64,000 bases of DNA from a candidate division FCPU426 bacterium (lineage in GTDB: Bacteria > Oederibacteriota > Muellerivitia > Muellerivitales > Muellerivitaceae): assembly GCA_963830915.1 (NCBI GenBank), contig CAWHOE010000015.1, forward strand, positions 1 to 64,000, in the 5' to 3' direction. The notes under the pieces are model-generated. The model did not search any database and was not told the origin of the DNA. It was given only the letters and a program-made list of their open reading frames with translations. Below are positions 52,689 to 62,350 of this stretch, one piece after another. The stretch's first letter is position 1. Every line of letters begins with the position of its first letter. The translations under genes and the position numbers were made by a program.

Positions 52689-54923
52689 TTAAACCCCAGG
52701 TTGCCGCCGAAGGATGACAGCAATATCCCTCTTGAACGCCGGAACCGTCAAAAAGAAAGGCCCCTCTTCCACCTTTAGAACCTGTTCTAAAATTACCTTT
52801 CCACTATAGGTATCCCACCATTGCGCCTGATAGTATCCAAGATCAAGCCCCGACAGGTTGAAAACAACACCTTTTCGTTCGACTGGGGGCTGGGCTTCCA
52901 TGCGATAAACCCTGCTCCAAACATCTTTTTTATCCTGGATCCAGGCCACCACCTCGTCTTTGGAACGAATGCCGTACAACTTGATACGGGAACCCCTTAA
53001 ATAATGGGTCAGGGTAATACCTGTCAGGCTCACCCAATCGCTCCCATTGTTGTCGATCTTGATCTCATGTTTCCCGGCTGGAAGAGCGAAGAAGTAGTCC
53101 TTCTGGTAATCCCCCACATAAATATTGTATTGCTGATTGAATGCCGTATGACGGTACTCCCCATCCCCTCCCGGCGGGGGGCTGGCGTCGAAAATATGGT
53201 GCCAAACTTCCTTTCCATCAACGGAGACGGTAACATCCGCTCCGACCGAGACCTGATCCACCCCCAATCCCATTTGACACCCTTCCGGCAGGTCTACCTT
53301 GAGGACGGGAGCGTACCCATCCCTGGCAGTAGTACGGAGGTATCGGTTCAGGGTCCCTGCGATATCCCCGGTGTTAGAAACGGAAATGAGTTCCCCTCCC
53401 CCATCCCCCCATTGACCAGTTCCACGGAGGACCAAGTCCTCACTAGCGCCATCATCCAACGGGACGTCCTGTTCCAAAGTCTCCCAGGGTCGGATGCCCC
53501 GGTCCACCGCGTCCGCGAAAGGCCGCGCCGACGCGAATATCCCATAAAGGTTCTTGGTGTCGATATATTCCTTCCAATGGCTTAAAGGGGCCCCGGCCGA
53601 AAGTCCCACCAGGGAAGCCCAGATGGCGTTGTGCAAATGAGTTCCTTGCCCTTGGGAGTCGATCTTCGCGTCATCCTTCGAGGCATCAAGCCCCAGTTCC
53701 TCGAAGAAAAAGGGTTTGGAGTACTTGACCGCCATAAGGGCGGACTGGTGATAGACGTACTCGGCCATGTCCCCTTCACCGCTTCCGGCCCCGTAATAAT
53801 GACTTTGTGAATAGGCCATTTCAGGTAATTTCCAAAGATTTCCCTCGTCATAGGGCCGGTCCCAGGGAAAAGCCACGCTATTGGCCACTAGATGTTTGTT
53901 AGGGTCCACTTTCCCCAAATAATCTCCCATGATCTTGACCCAATCAGGTGGCGCCTTGACCTCATTCCAAAGTTCCAGAGCGAAGAGATGGGTACAATAC
54001 CCCCAGCGGGCCGCGATATATCGCAATCTCTGTTGGTAAAGACGTCGGGCTTGGTCATTACTGAAAAAATCATCGGGACTATGGCAAGGACCGCCGTTAG
54101 CGGAATTATAGGGGTTCCTGTCCCAGGACTGCTCCCCCCATGGCCCTTTTTGGGTCATTAATTCACCGTAGGTTCCCAGGGTCAGGAGCACCCGAATATC
54201 CCTTTTTTCGGCCATCTCTAACAATCGATCCAGCCGCCAAGAATTGTCCTGACTGTACCGACCCAATCCTAACGCTATTCCCTGCGTGGATGGATTGTCG
54301 GTCCATTCCAGGGGAAGGTTCCATTCGCAGGTCCAAACTCGGGTGAAATTGCATCCGTTGGCCGCCAGTTTATCCAGGTAAGTTTTATAGTCCCCTAATA
54401 GGTTTTCCCGACTGGTCCAGGCAAGACTCACCCCGATAGGAAAATATGGTTTCCCTGAATCGGTCCGGAAAAACAAGCGATTGACCAAGTCATCGCGGAT
54501 AAAACCCAGTTTATCGCTGGCGATAGCCTTGAACTCTTTTGGCTGGGATGCCTTGATGCCCTCCTTTGTTTTAAGTTCGGTGATGAAGGAGTATGTCCCG
54601 GGCTGGGACGGCGAAAAACGAACCACCCATTGAGGCTCCCCTTTTTCCCTCAACCGGGAGTTTTCCACCGGTTCAAAATCTTGAAAGTAAAATCCTGGCA
54701 CCACAACCGTAACCCCATCCGGTCTAGTGAATTTCGCGCTGAAGTCTACCTCATCGAGGTCAAAAGGATTTTTGTAGGTTCCCTGGACGGGTTCCCGCCA
54801 TTCAAATAGTCCATAACAGGGAATATCTTGGGCGCAAACTAAAAAGGGAAAACTTAAGCAGATCATAATGAACAACAGGAACCAGCCATCTCGAATATAA
54901 GAAGGCATGTTGTAAATCCTCAT
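52689..54923 (-). CDS. Secreted DUF5060-type / clan GH-A glycoside hydrolase-like protein
   Basis: Signal peptide, 'NPFD....F..PDG..VPGFY', 'W.VRFSP', 'YIAARWG', 'ELWNE', 'EELG'. Confidence 0.75.
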   Translation of the reverse strand: MRIYNMPSYIRDGWFLLFIMICLSFPFLVCAQDIPCYGLFEWREPVQGTYKNPFDLDEVDFSAKFTRPDGVTVVVPGFYFQDFEPVENSRLREKGEPQWVVRFSPSQPGTYSFITELKTKEGIKASQPKEFKAIASDKLGFIRDDLVNRLFFRTDSGKPYFPIGVSLAWTSRENLLGDYKTYLDKLAANGCNFTRVWTCEWNLPLEWTDNPSTQGIALGLGRYSQDNSWRLDRLLEMAEKRDIRVLLTLGTYGELMTQKGPWGEQSWDRNPYNSANGGPCHSPDDFFSNDQARRLYQQRLRYIAARWGYCTHLFALELWNEVKAPPDWVKIMGDYLGKVDPNKHLVANSVAFPWDRPYDEGNLWKLPEMAYSQSHYYGAGSGEGDMAEYVYHQSALMAVKYSKPFFFEELGLDASKDDAKIDSQGQGTHLHNAIWASLVGLSAGAPLSHWKEYIDTKNLYGIFASARPFADAVDRGIRPWETLEQDVPLDDGASEDLVLRGTGQWGDGGGELISVSNTGDIAGTLNRYLRTTARDGYAPVLKVDLPEGCQMGLGVDQVSVGADVTVSVDGKEVWHHIFDASPPPGGDGEYRHTAFNQQYNIYVGDYQKDYFFALPAGKHEIKIDNNGSDWVSLTGITLTHYLRGSRIKLYGIRSKDEVVAWIQDKKDVWSRVYRMEAQPPVERKGVVFNLSGLDLGYYQAQWWDTYSGKVILEQVLKVEEGPFFLTVPAFKRDIAVILRRQPGV

Positions 54924-55143
54924 TCATATCCTCTGTTACGATATCGGTTTGCCCATTCTAACCGACAAACCATCCGTGTAAGGTTGTGAGCCAAGGGAAA
55001 TCGTCACATTTCCCTTTAAAGGGGCCCAAACTGGCCCATAGCTTTCTTGTTACTGTTACATCCTGGTTAAAAATCCAACTCAACCTTTTACCTCGCCGAG
55101 CTTGCCCCATAATGGTCGCCGAATTAAATGAACGGAGCCATCC

Positions 55144-56079
55144 ATGATCAAGAAAAGTTTCCTCAACCAATTCATCGTCAAGCCCGGCAAGCCGGTCTAT
55201 CTGAAGGATCTGGACCCGGGTTGGGCGGCCCACAAAGACTTGTTGGACCGGTTCGGCGAGGAGCGGGTGAAAAAGATCGCCAAGAAGATCCTCAATCGGA
55301 ACCTGGAGAATTTGGCTCAAGCCCAGAACCTGCTATGGGCCTCCGATACCTACGGGGTCCTGATCATCCTGCAAGCCATGGACGCCGCGGGAAAGGACGG
55401 CATCATCCGCCATGTCATGTCGGGTTTGAACCCCCAGGCCTGTATGGTCCACAATTTCAAGAAGCCCACCCCTGACGAGTTGGACCATAACTTCCTATGG
55501 CGCTACATGAAAGCCCTGCCCCAAAGGGGCCGTATCGGCATCTTCAACCGTTCCTACTACGAGGACGTGTTGGTGGTCAAGGTGCACCCAGAGATTCTGG
55601 AGAATCAAAAATTGCCCCCGGGGGTGAAGGGTGAGAACATCTGGAAACACCGCTACAGCGACATCAACCACTTCGAGAAACACCTGACCCGCAACGGCAT
55701 CATCGTCCTGAAGTTCTACCTGCATATTTCCAAGGAAGAACAGAGGATGAGGTTATTGAACCGCCTGAACGATCCGAACAAGCATTGGAAATTCTCTGAT
55801 TCAGACCTGCCGGAAAGGGCTTATTGGGACGACTATATGAGCGCCTACGAAAACGCCTTGGCAGCCACGTCCACTGAATGGGCTCCTTGGTACGTGATCC
55901 CTTCCAACCACAAATGGGCTTCCAGGACTTTGGTAGCGGACATCCTGAGCGGGACTATCAGCATGATGGGGCTCGAGTTCCCCAAGATCACGGAAGAGAG
56001 GAAGAGACGGTTGGAAATGGCACGTATCCAATTGGAAAACGAATCTGAGGAAATGTCAGAAGATACCTTGACGGCTTGA
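55144..56079 (+). CDS. ppk2: Second polyphosphate kinase 2 family protein
   Basis: Motifs '[10 protein letters not shown]', 'FNRSYYEDVL', 'APWYVIP'. Confidence 0.92.
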   Translation: MIKKSFLNQFIVKPGKPVYLKDLDPGWAAHKDLLDRFGEERVKKIAKKILNRNLENLAQAQNLLWASDTYGVLIILQAMDAAGKDGIIRHVMSGLNPQACMVHNFKKPTPDELDHNFLWRYMKALPQRGRIGIFNRSYYEDVLVVKVHPEILENQKLPPGVKGENIWKHRYSDINHFEKHLTRNGIIVLKFYLHISKEEQRMRLLNRLNDPNKHWKFSDSDLPERAYWDDYMSAYENALAATSTEWAPWYVIPSNHKWASRTLVADILSGTISMMGLEFPKITEERKRRLEMARIQLENESEEMSEDTLTA

Positions 56080-56083
56080 TGAA

Positions 56084-57510
56084 TTACCAGTTCACGACCA
56101 CTTCGGCGTCCCCTTCCAGGGCAACACGCCCTTCGATGCCGTAGTCGCTCACAAAAGCTTCTTCCATCGTCAGGGAATCCACCGTAGTCTTCAACCTTGC
56201 GAAATGTCCTAGGGGACGGTTGAGCAGTTTGGTCAGGTCCTCTTTGAGTTTATCCAGGTTCGCGCCCACCGGGATGACCGCCTTTTCCCGTAGGGTCTGC
56301 CTGATCCCATCCCGATCGAACATCTCGGCCATTTGCACTAGGAAATCACTGGTCTTGATGTCGAAATCCATATCCGGGAAATCAATGAGTCTTTCCTCCG
56401 GATGGTAAGTAGGGGTACCGACCAAATACACGGTTAATTGGGCCGGGTTGCCTCCCAAATTGATGACCGGATTGTATTTCCACCTGCGCTTCCACCACCA
56501 ACTTCCCGCCTGATCCATAGATGTTGATATTGGTGATCTTCGCGTTGTGATTCCCGCCTCCCGGCAAAGCCTTTTTCAAAAGACCCACCTTGGGATCCAG
56601 CAGGAGCTTGTTCACTTCCTTGAAACTGATCTTGAGATTGGTCTCAATGTGGAACCCTGGAGGGCCGGGCTTATAGTCCGTAATGGCAGGCAGGTCTCCT
56701 TTCAACGGGAATGGCTTCTTCCCAATGATGACATTCGGCTGGATGCTGATCTCGAAGATCGATTCCATGCGCGGATAAGGAAAATCGGCGATGATCCTCG
56801 TGGAGCTAACGCTCATGTTGTCCGGGACGATCTGGAGCCAGATATCCTCGGCCATGCGGATAGGCTCTTGTATTTCATTCCAGAGCTCCCGGGCCTTGGC
56901 CTCGATGTCTTCCGTTCTTTTTCGAAGACTTTCGTGCAGTTTAGCCGTACCCTTTCGAAGCAATTTCTCGCCTCTTTTTTTATCCGTCTCTTTCTCGGCG
57001 TTGGCCGTATTGGTATTGCCCTCCTGGAAATCCGGCGCCTCGAGCCGCCAATCCTTGCTCCACTTCAGGACCGAATCCACCTCCACCTTGATATCCTCTT
57101 CCGCCTTTTGAACCAGGGATTCTTGATCCTCGGGTGTTTTGTCCGTAGACCCTATTAAAGGCTTGTCTCCCTGGGCATGGATATGGAACCGAGCGGTCAA
57201 ATGGCTATCCTTGATCTTCCAGTCCAACGGATCCCACCAGACGGTAGTACCCATACTCTTGGTCATGGATTGCCCGATCTCTTTACCCCGAATCCTGCTT
57301 GACGAAATCGGCGATATGTTTCTCTACCTCGCCCAGCTGGGGGAGCGAGATAATCACCGGGATCCTCAAACGGGCTGGGGGAGGCGCGTTTAGGGTATGC
57401 ATGGGAGAAGGCCGGACCGGCACCTTGAGGGATGACATGGATGCGCATCCGGAAAAACACAGGGCCAAGGGGAGGATAAGTAAAAATGCCAAATGATAGG
57501 TAGATTTCAT
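56084..57510 (-). CDS. Lipoprotein, DUF4403-like, split by frameshifts near 57285 and 56478
   Basis: Lipobox 'FSGC', 'LW..IQEPI....IWL.I.P', 'IYGSGGKLVV', 'YLVGTP.Y....IDFPDMDFD'. Confidence 0.65.
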
Positions 57511-57571
57511 GATTTGATATTTTAGTGTTAATAATCTTGTCTAGAAATACCTTTTTCCTGCTTCACTAAAG

Positions 57572-57604
57572 AAAAACCCCGAGTCGATAGTGCCTCGGGG
57601 TTTT
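57572..57604. terminator. Intrinsic terminator
   Basis: AAAAACCCCGAG...CTCGGGGTTTT inverted repeat. Confidence 0.75.
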
Positions 57605-57616
57605 CGACGATTTAGC

Positions 57617-58699
57617 CTATTTTTCGATAACCACTTCCCTTACCTTGAATACGTTCTTCCCGTGGGTTTCGGGTCCCAAGTTGAAGGTCTCGATATGGGA
57701 CAGGTCCAAAGCGGCTCCCTTTTTGGCTTCCGGCGGTTGATAGTACTTGTTCAGTTTCAAGGCGCTAAAAGGGACCGACACTTTTTCCCAAACCCCTGCT
57801 TTGGTGCAGGGCAAGTCACAGGAATAGGCGCTTTGGTTGGCGTCGTTGAATCCGAACTTAAGTTCCACCGGAGCGTCACTATAGACATCCACCGTGAGAG
57901 TCTTGGCGCCTCTCCAATCCTGGCCACCCCATTCTTGACCCGCCCTGATCCAGTATCCGCAGTATCCATCGGTTTTTAAATCATAATGGAAAACTCCCAG
58001 CTTGTTCCCTTGACCTTCTTGGTCGTTTTCCAGGGACATCTCGATGCTGGAGCCTGTCGTCTCATCCGTGAAGGGTCCATAGGCGTTCTTCTCCAAAAGG
58101 GTGAAATCCTGGACAAGGATACGTTTGGGGTCCGCTACCGGCATGCCAATTTTTGCCGTGACCTTGCCCTTGACCGTTGATATGGGCCCGACTTCGACTG
58201 TGGATACCCCATGGAGTTGGGGTTGAAGGACAACCCCCACGATCTTGGCCAAGTTCAACTTGGCGTCCTTGGGAGCGTCAGCCATTGGCCAGGGCGTTGG
58301 CTTGAAAAGGGATAGAGGAACGGTGAATTCGGTCCAATCGACCGAAAGGATCCGCACCATGGCGATATATTGGGTCTTGCTCTCGTCATTCAAACCCACT
58401 TGCAACAACATGGGTTCGGACGACTTTGCCTTGAATTGGATGGCACCGGTCTTTGAAATGTCGCTTTCGACCGCGGCCCAGATACCAGCCCAACCTTTGA
58501 TGTTATTGGTTAGCTTCACCGCCTTTTCGCCGGCCTGAGGGCCGATCGTTTGGGCGAACTGGATAGCGGACCCATCCTTATCGGTAAAGACCCCGCAATT
58601 CTTATCCTGATCCAGGCTGGACCAGTCCTGCAATACCGCCGCGCCAGACAAGACTGCCAGGGACCAAAACAGGACCCCCAGGGTGATTGTTTTTTTCAT
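57617..58699 (-). CDS. Secreted protein with two tandem CBM11/CIA30-like galactose-binding-fold domains
   Basis: Signal peptide; duplicated pattern 'VG(L/F)ND....Y.....W....VP.S...P..A...A.L.L..I'. Confidence 0.65.
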   Translation of the reverse strand: MKKTITLGVLFWSLAVLSGAAVLQDWSSLDQDKNCGVFTDKDGSAIQFAQTIGPQAGEKAVKLTNNIKGWAGIWAAVESDISKTGAIQFKAKSSEPMLLQVGLNDESKTQYIAMVRILSVDWTEFTVPLSLFKPTPWPMADAPKDAKLNLAKIVGVVLQPQLHGVSTVEVGPISTVKGKVTAKIGMPVADPKRILVQDFTLLEKNAYGPFTDETTGSSIEMSLENDQEGQGNKLGVFHYDLKTDGYCGYWIRAGQEWGGQDWRGAKTLTVDVYSDAPVELKFGFNDANQSAYSCDLPCTKAGVWEKVSVPFSALKLNKYYQPPEAKKGAALDLSHIETFNLGPETHGKNVFKVREVVIEK

Positions 58700-58791
58700 A
58701 ACGAACCTCCGTAAAAAGAATGACGGCTTTGCGACTGACGGTCATTGGACGACTTAATAACGGTAAAGTGTCGTCCCAAGTCGTCGATTGC

Positions 58792-59199
58792 TTATTTACC
58801 TGAAGGGGCAATGGCGATAGCGGTGGGGCCAGCGCTGGTAGTCCAAAGGAAACGATCCATCCTTCCATGGATCTGGTCATGCGCTCTCATGAATTTGTCG
58901 GTTTGATCCGCGGTCAAAAGCCCTGCGATCTCATCCTCGCCCTGGCGGTCCAAGGTCACGACCTCGAAACTCCATTGCTTGCGCAAATCCTCCATTCGGT
59001 CTTTTTGACGGGCGAGGATATCCGTCACCTTGGCCCTTTGATCGGCCGTCAGCTGGAGGTCCTCGGTCAGTTGGAAAAGGAACCGATCCGCCGGGTTCCA
59101 AGCCACCAGGGTCCGGTCAAAGTAGATCCTCATCGTCCAGGCGCCGGCCGCCACCCCCAACAGAATGCCGATCAAGATAAGAAAAAAGTTCTTATTCAT
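58792..59199 (-). CDS. Spy/CpxP-like membrane-anchored periplasmic protein
   Basis: N-terminal TM helix; two LTxxQ motifs ('LQLTADQ', 'LLTADQ'). Confidence 0.75.
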   Translation of the reverse strand: MNKNFFLILIGILLGVAAGAWTMRIYFDRTLVAWNPADRFLFQLTEDLQLTADQRAKVTDILARQKDRMEDLRKQWSFEVVTLDRQGEDEIAGLLTADQTDKFMRAHDQIHGRMDRFLWTTSAGPTAIAIAPSGK

Positions 59200-59566
59200 A
59201 GGGCTGCCTCCCCGTCGGGGCTAACAAACTCGCCGGATGTTCGAATGACGCGAAGGATTTATCCGCCTTCACCCAATCCCTTTCCGGATGCCAAAAAGCC
59301 ACTAATATCAGGATGGCCGCGGCGACCGTTCCTAGAGTCGCGGCCATTTCCCGCCAGGCCCAAAAAGCACGTCGAGGTTGTTCCGCCAACCCGGTCATGA
59401 TGCCCTCCGTAAATCCGGGCGGAGCTGGCGCATGAGCCCAACCGTCCACCAAAGATCTGCAATAGGCGCAGGTTTTTAGATGCCGAGCGATCTCGGACAT
59501 CTCCGGGGGAGAAAGTTCCGCCCTTAGATATTCACCCGCTTTTCCCAGTAGTTCTTCGTGTCTCAT
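59192..59566 (-). CDS. zf-HC2 anti-sigma factor
   Basis: 'HLKTCAYC', 'PPGFTEGIM' and a TM helix. Confidence 0.85.
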   Translation of the reverse strand: MRHEELLGKAGEYLRAELSPPEMSEIARHLKTCAYCRSLVDGWAHAPAPPGFTEGIMTGLAEQPRRAFWAWREMAATLGTVAAAILILVAFWHPERDWVKADKSFASFEHPASLLAPTGRQPYE

Positions 59567-59606
59567 AGCGACTCCTCTGTATTCCCCGGCATTCACCGGC
59601 TTTTCA

Positions 59607-60225
59607 TCAACCGCCCTTCGACAAACCTTCTTTGAGCAAAAGTTGTATCTTGGCTCTCGCCCTTTTCAACCGGCCCTTGACCCCGTCCAGGGATAACCCC
59701 AATTCCTTGCCCATTTCCTCGTAGCTTAAGTTTTCCCTCTCCTGCACCAACCTCAGGATTTTCCGTTCCCCTTCGCTAAGCGTCTTGAACATCTCTGGGG
59801 TCACGGCCAGGACCTTCTGGAAGGTCCATCCCAGGATTACTCACCAAGACCGCGGGGACCGTATGGTCCCCTTCCAACAGAAAATCCAGCGATAGGAATT
59901 TCCTTCGACTTTTTTGCCGGAGGATGTCCTTGCATTGGTTCAGTCCGATGCGGGTGATCCAGGTCCGGAAGGTTGACCCGCCCCGAAAGGTTCCTAAGGA
60001 TCTATAGGCCTTGATGAAAACAACCTGGGCGGCGTCCTCCGCCTCATGGGGATCCCTCAAGACGGCCAGGCAAAGCTGGAACAGTCCTGTCTTATGACGG
60101 TCCACCAATTCACCGTAGAGGTCCTTATCGCCTCCAAGGATTCGGTTGATCAGTTCTTTTTCTTCGATGACTGTCCTCCCGGTGGACGTATGACCCAAGT
60201 ATAGTCCCTTCCAACTTATGGGCAA
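59607..60225 (-). CDS. ECF sigma-70 factor (frameshift near 59810; start uncertain)
   Basis: Motifs 'AEDAAQVVFIKAY', 'FRTWITRI', 'LSYEEMG..LG....VKGRL.RAR'. Confidence 0.85.
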
Positions 60226-60346
60226 AACACGGTAATTGGACGATGGTTATGAGGAAAAGTGTCGTTGGGGGGTGCGGTTTAAAAAGCGGACTTATTGGGG
60301 AAAAATGCTCAGTGCGGGGATCGGCCTAGGTTCAAGCACTTCTTGA

Positions 60347-60380
60347 AAAAATAAGGCGGGACATTGAATTGTCCCGCCTT
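60347..60380 (-). terminator. Probable intrinsic terminator
   Basis: AAGGCGGGACA-TTGAAT-TGTCCCGCCTT hairpin preceded by an A-run on the + strand. Confidence 0.7.
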
Positions 60381-60407
60381 GAACAACTTGTGTTTTCTTG
60401 TTTCCGT

Positions 60408-61031
60408 TTATTCGGAGATACAGCCCTGGGCTTGGGATACGACCGAGCGCAAGGGACGAATGACCGCCTTGCCATTGACAATACCAGGGGCCACCTCATA
60501 ACGAGGTATCGAGCTGTCCACCTTCTGGGACCAGGCGTCGATCCCCCCGGTCATGGACCTGGCGTTGGTGAACCCATGCCCCGCGAAATAGGACGCCGCG
60601 TCCATACTTCGAAGACCTTGGTGGCAGACAAAAACCATGGGCGTGTCTTTGGGCCAGCGCATCATTTCCCGGGAAAGTTCTTCGGTAATGAGGGTGGAGT
60701 TCGGGATGTGGGCCGTATCCCACTCTTCCTTGAACCTCACATCGATGATCCGGATGGGTTGCCCGTTATTCACCGCTTCGGCGACTTCCTCGGGGCTCAC
60801 CTTGATCTTTTGGTCGATCCGCTCTGCCTCTTCAATGAAATTAAGGACCTCGTTCATGTCGGTGATATTGTGTTTCAAAGCTACTTGCTCAAGGATATCG
60901 CTGGGTTCATAACCACAGCTGTGGCATCCGCCGATATGGTATTTTCGGAACAGGGCTCTCTGGGCGCTTGGATAAGCGTCCAATACCTCCTGCATCGTGC
61001 TGTCTTTGGTGATCTTCATGCCGTTTGCCAT
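60408..61031 (-). CDS. DUF1858-like (CxxC) domain fused to a rhodanese
   Basis: 'GGCHSC' in the N-terminal domain; 'IDVR..EW...HIP', 'CHQGLRS', 'GGIDAW'. Confidence 0.85.
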   Translation of the reverse strand: MANGMKITKDSTMQEVLDAYPSAQRALFRKYHIGGCHSCGYEPSDILEQVALKHNITDMNEVLNFIEEAERIDQKIKVSPEEVAEAVNNGQPIRIIDVRFKEEWDTAHIPNSTLITEELSREMMRWPKDTPMVFVCHQGLRSMDAASYFAGHGFTNARSMTGGIDAWSQKVDSSIPRYEVAPGIVNGKAVIRPLRSVVSQAQGCISE

Positions 61032-61254
61032 CGAACTCTCCCCCTTTGATCCGGTCTACCGGAAACTATCCAATGGAATTACCTTACGCCGTATTGAGAA
61101 TGAATTGCAATACCCAAAGCAGGGATTCTAGGAAACAGCTAAGGGAATAGTCGGTACGGGAATAACAATGGAACAGGGATAAAGAGGAATAGTTCCAAGG
61201 GTTTATGGACTGGATGCCTGACGGAACCAGTTACAGTCAACTTGGAAAAAGGGC

Positions 61255-62058
61255 TTAACCTAGGATGGCGTCCGGAAGTTCCTTTTTAGGTTTACCCACC
61301 ATATCCATAGCCTCGTTCAATACGACAAGGTGCCGCTTGGAGAGATTCCATTTTCCCAGTTTTCCGTCGCCGAATTCAATACCTTCGATCTTGGGACGGG
61401 GATTGGTAAAGGAAAGGCTGAGTACCTTTTTGCTGTCGGGAGCGTTCAATAGATAGGGCGGCTCGAAATAATTCCATTCCTCCCACTTGACCTTTTCAGC
61501 GTATTTCAACCGGTACCCCGCCACTTGGATGGGCTTGTTCCCGGAATTGAAGATGGTGAAATCGGTGGAAACACTGGAGACCAAACCACCCGCGCTCTTA
61601 TCGGACAGGTTCATCAGGAAACTCACGATGCTCCGGGGCCTCAACCAATAGGCCCAATAGAGGGTCCAACCCAGGGTGATGAGGGACAACATAAAGGATA
61701 GGACCGATAATTTCTCCCGGATATCCAGAGGACCGGAAGCCACCCAGGGGCTGGAGTCCTTGACCCTTTCGACGAACTTGCGCAGTTCAGGATTATTCGG
61801 CTGGAGTTTCAGGCTGATCTGCATGGCCACCAAGGCTTCTGTCCGATTGCCGGATTGGTAATAGGATTCGCCCAGGAATTGATAGGCCTGCCAATAATTG
61901 GGTTTGTCCTTCAGGGCGGCCCGGAAATACTGGATGGCCTTATCGTAATCTTCTTGTTTGAAGGTGGTCATGCCAGCCTCAAAATACTCCTCGGCGGTCG
62001 TGGCCAAGGAAAGGGCCGGCGCCAGGATCAAGAGCGATAAAAGTAGGAATCGTTTCAT
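61255..62058 (-). CDS. TPR-containing membrane protein
   Basis: Signal peptide, two TPR-like units ('AEEYFEAG..AIQYF.AAL..P', 'AYQFLG'), a TM helix and an unassigned C-terminal domain. Confidence 0.75.
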   Translation of the reverse strand: MKRFLLLSLLILAPALSLATTAEEYFEAGMTTFKQEDYDKAIQYFRAALKDKPNYWQAYQFLGESYYQSGNRTEALVAMQISLKLQPNNPELRKFVERVKDSSPWVASGPLDIREKLSVLSFMLSLITLGWTLYWAYWLRPRSIVSFLMNLSDKSAGGLVSSVSTDFTIFNSGNKPIQVAGYRLKYAEKVKWEEWNYFEPPYLLNAPDSKKVLSLSFTNPRPKIEGIEFGDGKLGKWNLSKRHLVVLNEAMDMVGKPKKELPDAILG

Positions 62059-62350
62059 AAAAACCCCCGGGGATCGCGGGCCTCTCAGCAGGCCCGTCTT
62101 CAGCCGGTAGATTATAAGTCCCTTAGTCGTGAAATTTTACGCAAAATGATGAAAATTTCCCAACCTAAGGGACCAGGCACTATTACCCTGGTTTCACCCG
62201 TCAAACCCGAGAAGGTTTCTATTCTTGGCCCGGCTCGTCCAGGTTAGGATTTCAAAATGATTTAGGGGAAACAAATAAGAAACATCGGGGATGGGAAGCC
62301 AAAACCTCACAAAGGCCGGGAACAAACGTGAAAGCCCCGACCCCAAGATG

